NCBI GenBank assembly: GCA_017308135.1 | Contig: JAFKFM010000014.1 | Location: 65,507-129,506, forward strand | DNA from: Alphaproteobacteria bacterium | Lineage (GTDB): Bacteria > Pseudomonadota > Alphaproteobacteria > CACIAM-22H2 | Length of the DNA stretch: 64,000 nucleotides | Direction of reading: 5' to 3' | Shown here: piece after piece, positions 57,856 to 64,000 of the stretch | How the letters are laid out: the number at the start of each line of letters is the position of its first letter | How positions within the stretch are numbered: the stretch's first letter is position 1 | Translations under genes and position numbers: made by a program | The notes under the pieces: generated by a model | Told to the model about the DNA's origin: nothing | Databases searched by the model: none | What the model saw: only the letters and a program-made list of their open reading frames with translations

Positions 57856-58838
57856 TGGCGCGATCGTCTTCAAGCTCGCCCGCCGCCCAGCAATCCGGCG
57901 CGCAACTTACCACCACCAAAACCACGGTCGAGTTTCGGGCCGCGCTGATCGCGATGGCCGTGATCGCGCTGATCCCGCTCGGCGTGAGCAACCCGTACTG
58001 GCTCGGCGTGCTGATCGTGTCGATGTATTTCGCGATCCTCGCGGGAAGCTGGAATCTGCTTGCAGGATATACCGGGCAATTTTCGCTCGCGCCCGCGACC
58101 TTCGCGATGATCGGGGCCTATACGACCGCCTTGCTGAATCATTACTTCGGCACACCACCGCTGCTCGGCATCCTTGCTGCCATCGTCGTTGCGGGATTGG
58201 TCGGACTGTTGCTGGGCCGCGCGGTGATGCGGCTGGTCGGGCCGTATCTCGCCCTCACGACCCTGAGCTTCGCCGAGATCATGCGTTTGGTGATCGCCAA
58301 CTCGATCGACATCACGCGCGGTGACCTCGGGCTCAGCGTTCCGGCGTTGCTGGATAGTCGTGTCGGCTGGTATTACCTGTTCCTCGGTGCCTTGGTCGTG
58401 CTGCTGGTCCTTTTCTACATGCTGCTGCGATCCAAGGCAGGCCTGTTCTTGCAGGCGATCCGCGACGACGAAGTCGCGGCACGCCGTGCCGGTGTCAATG
58501 TCGTGTTCTGGAAGACCGCCGCATTCGCCATCTCGGCAGCGGCATCCGGCTTTGCCGGAGCGCTCTATGCCCACTTCGCCGAACTGGTGACGCCCGAACT
58601 CGGCCTGATCGGCCAAACCGGTCTGATCGTCAGCATGACGGTGATCGGCGGCATTGGGACGCTGGCGGGGCCTCTGGTCGCGGCGTTTCTTGTCTACGTG
58701 ACCTCGGAGTGGCTGCGCGATGTCGGCGGCTATCAGCTTGTGGTGTTCGCCGCGCTCGTCATCATCTTCGCGCGATTCTTCCGCGAAGGCCTCTGGGGCT
58801 TGGCCAAAGCGGCCGTGCAGCGCGGGAGGCGGGCATGA
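57855..58838 (+). CDS. ABC transporter permease (LivM-like)
   Basis: The ATG overlaps the upstream TGA by 1 nt. Polytopic membrane protein. Confidence 0.8.
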   Translation: MARSSSSSPAAQQSGAQLTTTKTTVEFRAALIAMAVIALIPLGVSNPYWLGVLIVSMYFAILAGSWNLLAGYTGQFSLAPATFAMIGAYTTALLNHYFGTPPLLGILAAIVVAGLVGLLLGRAVMRLVGPYLALTTLSFAEIMRLVIANSIDITRGDLGLSVPALLDSRVGWYYLFLGALVVLLVLFYMLLRSKAGLFLQAIRDDEVAARRAGVNVVFWKTAAFAISAAASGFAGALYAHFAELVTPELGLIGQTGLIVSMTVIGGIGTLAGPLVAAFLVYVTSEWLRDVGGYQLVVFAALVIIFARFFREGLWGLAKAAVQRGRRA

Positions 58839-59554
58839 CGCTGTTATCGGTTCGCAGCGTCAGCAAGCGCTTCGGCGGTCTGACCGCCGTCGATAATGTT
58901 TCGTTCAACGTCGAAGCCGGCGAGCTGGTCGGACTGATCGGTCCCAATGGATCAGGCAAGACCACGTTGCTGAACATTCTCAGCGGCCTTGGAACTCCCG
59001 ATAGCGGGGAAATCCTGCTGGATGATACACCCTGTCAGGGGCTCACGCCGGAGCGTCTCGCGCAGCGCGGCGTGATGCGAATGTTCCAGCTAACTCGCGT
59101 ATTCCGCCGCATGAACGTCATCGATAATCTGCTGGTGGCGGGGCGGGCGCTCGGCCTCGGTGCGGACGAGGCGCTGTCGCGCGCCAACGCGCTGATCTCG
59201 GAACTGCGGCTCGATGTGATCCGCCATCTTGATGCGGGGCAACTCTCGGGCGGTCAGATGAAGCTGCTCGAATTCGGCGTGTGCTTCATGGTGCCGCCGC
59301 GGATCGCGCTGCTCGACGAACCGTTTGCGGCGGTGCATCCCACCATGAAGGAGATCATGGGCGATTTCATTCGGTCTCGTCACGAAAAGGGTCAGACCTT
59401 CATACTCGTCAGTCACGATATGCCGGTGGTGGTCGAACTGTGCCCGCGCTCGATCTGCATGAATGCGGGTGGGGTCATTATTGATGCGACCACGCGCGAG
59501 GTACTCAATGATCCGCGCGTCATCGAGGCCTATCTTGGAGGGCATGCGGCATGA
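58835..59554 (+). CDS. ABC transporter ATP-binding protein (LivG-like)
   Basis: GGGAGG RBS. GPNGSGKTTLL Walker A. Confidence 0.85.
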   Translation: MTLLSVRSVSKRFGGLTAVDNVSFNVEAGELVGLIGPNGSGKTTLLNILSGLGTPDSGEILLDDTPCQGLTPERLAQRGVMRMFQLTRVFRRMNVIDNLLVAGRALGLGADEALSRANALISELRLDVIRHLDAGQLSGGQMKLLEFGVCFMVPPRIALLDEPFAAVHPTMKEIMGDFIRSRHEKGQTFILVSHDMPVVVELCPRSICMNAGGVIIDATTREVLNDPRVIEAYLGGHAA

Positions 59555-60294
59555 GCGCGGTGCTGACGCTCGATCACGTCACGGCAGGCTACAGCGTGGA
59601 TATCGATGTGCTGCGCGATCTCAGCCTCACGGTGGAGGCGGGCCGTATCACCGGCCTGATCGGTCTCAACGGCGCAGGCAAATCCACGGTGATGAAGTCG
59701 ATCTGTGGCTTCCTCAAGCCGAAGGCTGGACAGATCGTTTATGAGGGCGAGGATATCACCGGCCTCGAGCCGCACCGCCTGAGCGCGCGTGGTATCTGGT
59801 ACATTCCGCAGGAATCCAGCCTGTTTCCGTTCATGACGGTGACGGAAAATTTGCGGATTCCGCTGGAGAACCTGTCGCGGACGACCGGCACGCCGCCGCG
59901 CGACGAGGTCGAGCGGCGGTTCGAGGCGATGCTGGAGAAATTCCCGGCGCTAAGGGCCAAGCTGCGTGCGCAGGCGGGTGATCTGTCCGGCGGCCAGCAG
60001 AAGATGGTGGAATTCGCCAAGGCCTGGCTGATGCGGCCGCGACTCTGCCTGATCGATGAGCCGTCGATCGGTCTGTCGCCGAAGATCGTGGAAGAAGTGT
60101 TCCAGTGGATTCACCTGTTCGCCGTGGAAGACATGGCGATCCTGCTGGTCGATCATAACGTGCGGCGGGTGATCGCGATGTCGCATCGGATCTACGTACT
60201 GAGCCTTGGCGAGATCACTGCGTCCGGTGAGCCTGCCGACTTCGCAGGCGATCTGCACGAACAGGTCAAGCAATGGCTTGGCATCAACTTCTGA
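59551..60294 (+). CDS. ABC transporter ATP-binding protein (LivF-like)
   Basis: GLNGAGKSTVM Walker A. Confidence 0.85.
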   Translation: MSAVLTLDHVTAGYSVDIDVLRDLSLTVEAGRITGLIGLNGAGKSTVMKSICGFLKPKAGQIVYEGEDITGLEPHRLSARGIWYIPQESSLFPFMTVTENLRIPLENLSRTTGTPPRDEVERRFEAMLEKFPALRAKLRAQAGDLSGGQQKMVEFAKAWLMRPRLCLIDEPSIGLSPKIVEEVFQWIHLFAVEDMAILLVDHNVRRVIAMSHRIYVLSLGEITASGEPADFAGDLHEQVKQWLGINF

Positions 60295-60295
60295 C

Positions 60296-60811
60296 ATGAC
60301 AGCCGCGACAGCACCGCGCCGCCTGCAAATGCAGGCACTGACGGCGGAGGCTTTTGCTCCGTTTGGTTCGATCGCGGCCCTTGATGCTGCGGGCGGCCGT
60401 GCGGTCAATCAGAACCGGGCGCGCCGCATTCTGGGGATTGGTGATCTGGCGCACGAGGCCGTGGCCAAGCGTCCGGTGCTTGATACTTATCAGATCGCGC
60501 CATCATCATTGCCGTTCAGGGTGGTTTGCTTCGAGCGGCATTGCCTGACATCGCAAGTTTTTATTCCGGTTCGCTGTGCACGACTTCTGATCATCGTTGC
60601 TCCCGACGACGCCAGCGGCCAGCCCGACATCGAACGCGCGATTGCCTTCGTGGGCGATCATCGCTCGGTGATTCATTATCGTGCTGGCGTCTGGCACTCG
60701 CCGCTGGTGGCGATGGACGATGCAGCCGTTCTGACGATGCTGATGTGGGAAGCGGGCGATACGCGCGACTGTCAGGAGACGTCTTCTTTCGATCCTCTGG
60801 AAGTCGTTTAA
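60296..60811 (+). CDS. Ureidoglycolate lyase (AllA)-like cupin protein
   Basis: EAFAPFG, RHCLTSQVFIPV and HYRAGVWHSPLVA parallel conserved AllA segments. ATG lies 2 nt after the upstream stop. Confidence 0.6.
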   Translation: MTAATAPRRLQMQALTAEAFAPFGSIAALDAAGGRAVNQNRARRILGIGDLAHEAVAKRPVLDTYQIAPSSLPFRVVCFERHCLTSQVFIPVRCARLLIIVAPDDASGQPDIERAIAFVGDHRSVIHYRAGVWHSPLVAMDDAAVLTMLMWEAGDTRDCQETSSFDPLEVV

Positions 60812-61042
60812 CAACCTGTCCGGATTCGGGCGGGGAGAAGCCCGCAGTCGACAGCATTGACGGGCCGCCCTACGGCGCCATCTGGGAGAGACGTTCATTC
60901 GGTAATCGCAATGCCAGCCATTCGGATTTTCAGGCCAGTCAGACTGGATTGTGATCGAAGTTTCGGTTTAAGACGATAGGGTTCGGCCGGTATTATGCCG
61001 GCTGTTTGCTCACCGACGCCGTGACCGTGCGAGAGGCTGGCG

Positions 61043-61744
61043 ATGCCCCTTATCTATCCACGCGAAAGCAATGCTGCGCATGCGCCGCGGCTGTCACCGG
61101 ATTACAAGAGCACGGTGAAGCGTTCGCCGATCAAGCCGCTCATCATCATGCCGCATACGCTGTCCGAACTGACGGGACCGGTTTACGGTCACGAAACCGT
61201 GCGTGAGAACGACCACGATCTCACGGCGCAGCATCAGGGCGAACCGCTTGGCGAGCGGATCATCGTTCATGGACATGTCCGAGACGAGGACGGCAGGGGC
61301 GTGCCCAATTCTCTGGTGGAGGTCTGGCAGGCCAACGCCTGCGGACGCTACGTCCACGTGGTCGACCAGCATCCGGCACCGCTTGATCCCAATTTTACCG
61401 GGGCGGGGCGCGCCAAGACCGATGCCAACGGCTATTACAGGTTCATCACCATCAAGCCGGGCGCATATCCGTGGGGCAATCATCCGAACGCCTGGCGGCC
61501 GGCGCACATCCATTTCTCGCTGTTCGGCCATTCGTTCATCTCGCGCATCGTCACGCAGATGTATTTCCCGGGCGACCCGCTGTTTGCCTACGACCCGATC
61601 TTCAATTCGGTCACCGACGAAAAGGCGCGAATGCGCATGGTTTCGAGTTTCGATCTCGAAAATACGAAGCCCGACTGGGCTCTCTGCTATCGCTTCGACA
61701 TCGTCCTGCGCGGACGCAACGCCACACCTTTGGATAACGACTGA
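61043..61744 (+). CDS. pcaH: Protocatechuate 3,4-dioxygenase beta subunit
   Basis: Intradiol dioxygenase beta-chain motifs (PAHIHFSLFG, YRF..IKPGAYPW). Confidence 0.85.
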   Translation: MPLIYPRESNAAHAPRLSPDYKSTVKRSPIKPLIIMPHTLSELTGPVYGHETVRENDHDLTAQHQGEPLGERIIVHGHVRDEDGRGVPNSLVEVWQANACGRYVHVVDQHPAPLDPNFTGAGRAKTDANGYYRFITIKPGAYPWGNHPNAWRPAHIHFSLFGHSFISRIVTQMYFPGDPLFAYDPIFNSVTDEKARMRMVSSFDLENTKPDWALCYRFDIVLRGRNATPLDND

Positions 61745-62328
61745 TGAGCGGCATCACTCCATCACAGACTGTCGGCCCTTACTTCAAGTACGGATTGACG
61801 CCGGGCAGCGACTATCAGTGGAACGACGCTTTCGGCAACGATCTGGTGACGCCTGAGGTCTCCGGTGAGCGTATCCGCATCGTTGGCCGCATTTTCGACG
61901 GCGACGGCAAGGAAGTCCCCGACTCGATGCTGGAAATCTGGCAAGCGGATTCCCGGGGCCGTTTCGCCGATCCGCAGGATGCGCGTTCGATCCCGAATGC
62001 CGCGTTCAGGGGGTTCGGCCGTTGCGGAACCGATAACAACGGTGTCTATTCATTTCACACGATCAAGCCGGGACCGGTTGCGGGACCGCATGAGCTGCAG
62101 GCGCCGCATATCCTGCTTGCGGTCTTTGCGCGGGGCATGACCCAACAGGCGCAGACCCGGATCTATTTCGAGCACGAGCCTGCGAATGCCACAGATCCCA
62201 TTCTTGCGCTGGTTCCCGAGGAGCGCCGCGCGACATTAATCGCGATCCGGGAGCCGGGAGACGTTGCGACCTATCGCTTCGATGTTCATCTGCAAGGCGA
62301 TCTGGAGACGGTGTTCTTCGATCTGTAA
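61744..62328 (+). CDS. pcaG: Protocatechuate 3,4-dioxygenase alpha subunit
   Basis: MSGITPSQTVGPYF N-terminus. ATGA overlap with the pcaH gene. Confidence 0.85.
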   Translation: MSGITPSQTVGPYFKYGLTPGSDYQWNDAFGNDLVTPEVSGERIRIVGRIFDGDGKEVPDSMLEIWQADSRGRFADPQDARSIPNAAFRGFGRCGTDNNGVYSFHTIKPGPVAGPHELQAPHILLAVFARGMTQQAQTRIYFEHEPANATDPILALVPEERRATLIAIREPGDVATYRFDVHLQGDLETVFFDL

Positions 62329-62345
62329 TAGTTAGCTACACATAT
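62326..62345 (+). promoter_or_regulatory. AGTTAGCTA motif upstream of the CHMI-like gene, shared with the operator at 29131-29139
   Basis: 9-mer match read from the sequence, 17 nt before the ATG at 62359. Confidence 0.25.
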
Positions 62346-62358
62346 CCGGTCGTTCCGA

Positions 62359-62697
62359 ATGCCTCATATCGTCTGCCATTATTCAGCGGGTCAGGAAATG
62401 CCGCCGCTCAGCGAAGTGATGATGAAGATTCATCACGCGGCCGCGTCCACGGGTGTCGTGAAGGCGGAGGATCTCAAGATTCGTGCTCAGGCCTTCGATG
62501 ATTATCTTGTCGCCGGGAAGGCTCAATCATTTTTCCATGTGTCGTTTTATCTGCTCGCGGGGCGAACGCTGCAGCAGAAGGAAATGCTGAGTATCGAACT
62601 AAGAAGTGTTTTGTCGAAACTATTGGAAAACACCTACAGCATCAGCATCGACATTCGCGATATGGATCCTGAGGCCTATAAAAAGCGGCTGAAATAG
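62359..62697 (+). CDS. 5-carboxymethyl-2-hydroxymuconate isomerase (CHMI/HpaF-like)
   Basis: The MPHIVCHYSAG N-terminus parallels the CHMI MPHxIxEYS start. 112 aa. GC content is lower than the neighbouring genes. Confidence 0.65.
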   Translation: MPHIVCHYSAGQEMPPLSEVMMKIHHAAASTGVVKAEDLKIRAQAFDDYLVAGKAQSFFHVSFYLLAGRTLQQKEMLSIELRSVLSKLLENTYSISIDIRDMDPEAYKKRLK

Positions 62698-62939
62698 GCG
62701 GTTTCCAGAAGTCCTGCCAGCGCCATGACAGGTCGATATCGCGGCAATTTTAGCATCTGAAATAACCTTGCGAGGGATTGGAATTAGAGGCAGTCTAAAG
62801 CGTCGACCGTCGCAGCTTTCCCATCAGTGTTGTTTGAAATGCAAGGACATTGGCTGCGTTGGACAAGCGCGCAGGTTGTATTTTCAGCGGTAATCCCTGG
62901 CTAGGTCCAACCGTTCCAGACTCGAAGGAATTTCTCACC

Positions 62940-64000
62940 ATGATGAGCCAGCAGCAAAACGATCTGATCACGCGGGTCGGCCCGAAGGACCCTGCCGGGA
63001 AATTGATGCGGATGTACTGGCAGCCCGCTGCGCTCGTGGATGAGCTCGAAGGCGATCGGCCGATCCGGGCCGTGAAATTGCTCGGCGAAAACTTTGTGCT
63101 CTTTCGTGACGAGCAGGGCCGCTACGGTCTCATGGATCGCGATTGCCCGCACCGCGGCGCGGACCTGGCGTTTGGCCGGCTGGAGAATGGCGGCCTGCGT
63201 TGCGCATTCCACGGCTGGCTGTTCGACGTCGAGGGCCAGTGCCTCGAGACGCCGGCTGAGCCTGTCGGCTCGGTGCTGTGCAAGAATATCAAGCAGCGTG
63301 CCTATCCGGTGGTGGAGAAGGGGGGCATTCTCTGGGCCTATCTCGGCGAGGGTGAACCGCCGGCATTTCCGGAGATCGATTGTTTCACCGCGCCCGAGAC
63401 CTATACGTTCGCCTTCAAGGGGCTGATCAATTGCAACTGGCTGCAGGCGCTCGAGGTTGGCATCGATCCGGCGCACGCCTCTTTCCTGCATCGTTTCTTT
63501 GAAGACGAGGATACCTCGACCGCTTACGGCAAGCAGTTCCGCGGTGCGTCCGCAGACAGTGAAATGCCGATGACGAAAATCCTGCGTGAATATGATCGCC
63601 CGATCATCAACGTGGAACAGACCGAATATGGCCTGCGTTTGATTGCGCTGCGGACGATCGACGATGAGCGCACACATGTCCGCGTGACCAATCAACTGTT
63701 TCCGCATGCGTTTGTCATTCCGATGAGCACGGAGATGACGATCACCCAGTGGCACGTGCCGGTGGATGACGAGAATTGCTACTGGTACGCGATCTTCACC
63801 AGCTTCACCAATCCGGTCGACAAAAAGAAGATGCGCGAGCAGCGGCTCGAACTCTATGAGCTGCCCGACTATGTGTCGCGCAAGAACAAATCGAACGATT
63901 ACGGCTTCGATCCGCACGAGCAGGCGACATCGACCTATACCGGCATGGGCGTCGACATCAACGTGCATGACCAGTGGGCGGTTGAATCCATGGGCGCAAT
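62940..64000 (+). CDS. Rieske non-heme iron oxygenase alpha subunit, phthalate-family type, 3'-partial
   Basis: Rieske motif CPHRGADLAFGRLENGGLRCAFHGW. Mononuclear-iron region NCNWLQALEVGIDPAHASFLH. AAGGAA RBS. The frame is open to the window end, so it does not appear in the ORF track. Confidence 0.8.
   Translation, partial: MMSQQQNDLITRVGPKDPAGKLMRMYWQPAALVDELEGDRPIRAVKLLGENFVLFRDEQGRYGLMDRDCPHRGADLAFGRLENGGLRCAFHGWLFDVEGQCLETPAEPVGSVLCKNIKQRAYPVVEKGGILWAYLGEGEPPAFPEIDCFTAPETYTFAFKGLINCNWLQALEVGIDPAHASFLHRFFEDEDTSTAYGKQFRGASADSEMPMTKILREYDRPIINVEQTEYGLRLIALRTIDDERTHVRVTNQLFPHAFVIPMSTEMTITQWHVPVDDENCYWYAIFTSFTNPVDKKKMREQRLELYELPDYVSRKNKSNDYGFDPHEQATSTYTGMGVDINVHDQWAVESMGA

Noticed and set aside
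62901-63968. 355-aa minus-strand ORF listed in the ORF track
   Set aside because: The plus strand encodes a Rieske oxygenase alpha subunit with canonical motifs and an RBS. The minus-strand ORF is an antisense artefact.

Overview
This is a high-GC, gene-dense chromosomal segment. The gene content (several LivK/H/M/G/F-type ABC transporters, TctCBA and Bug-type binding proteins, many LysR/MarR regulators, aromatic ring-cleavage genes) suggests a soil alphaproteobacterium of the Bradyrhizobiaceae type; that placement is inference only. I found no rRNA or tRNA genes, no CRISPR array, and no transposase or integrase genes.

Main contents, in order:
- A 5'-truncated ClC channel gene, a MarR regulator, and a small DNA-binding protein with an RNA polymerase alpha-CTD-like motif.
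- Four paralogous Liv-type ABC uptake operons (2593-7464, 32146-36764, 46815-51330, 55691-60294). The first has a fused LivM-LivG permease/ATPase gene.
- A LysR regulator divergent from an oxalate/formate-antiporter-family MFS transporter, followed by a 40-aa membrane micro-ORF that the ORF track omits.
- mmsA (methylmalonate-semialdehyde dehydrogenase) with a divergent LysR regulator.
- An allophanate-hydrolase-like gene leading a NitT/TauT-type ABC importer operon. No urea carboxylase is present.
- A compact aromatic-acid island (18.9-32.1 kb). It contains an HpaB-family flavin monooxygenase, a UbiX-like prFMN synthase, a DUF2390-like protein and a UbiD-family decarboxylase. These are followed by TctCBA, a TPP enzyme, a MarR regulator, an aldehyde dehydrogenase, an HpaC-like flavin reductase and a cupin protein. 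At least four promoters in the island share a TTGACT -35 box plus GCTTT- and AGTTAGCTA-containing operator dyads. Related half-sites also lie upstream of the MarR gene and of a CHMI-like gene 33 kb away.
- A Liv transporter linked to a DUF2848-like protein, an amidase and an IlvD/EDD-family dehydratase.
- A three-gene minus-strand operon: a Tat-exported GH3 enzyme, a DUF218 protein, and a 1038-aa NRPS-like protein. The NRPS-like protein has adenylation, carrier and thioesterase-like domains, with Cys in place of the usual Ser in the G-x-S-x-G elbow, plus an uncharacterised C-terminal domain.
- A DmlR/DmlA-like tartrate or D-malate dehydrogenase module with an orphan Bug binding protein.
- A terminal aromatic cluster: AllA-like cupin, pcaHG, a lower-GC CHMI-like isomerase, and a 3'-truncated Rieske oxygenase alpha subunit. 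The ORF track hides the Rieske gene behind a spurious antisense ORF.

The most promising candidates for undescribed biology are the prFMN (UbiX/UbiD) + HpaB + DUF2390 island with its distributed operator motif, and the GH3-DUF218-NRPS-like operon.
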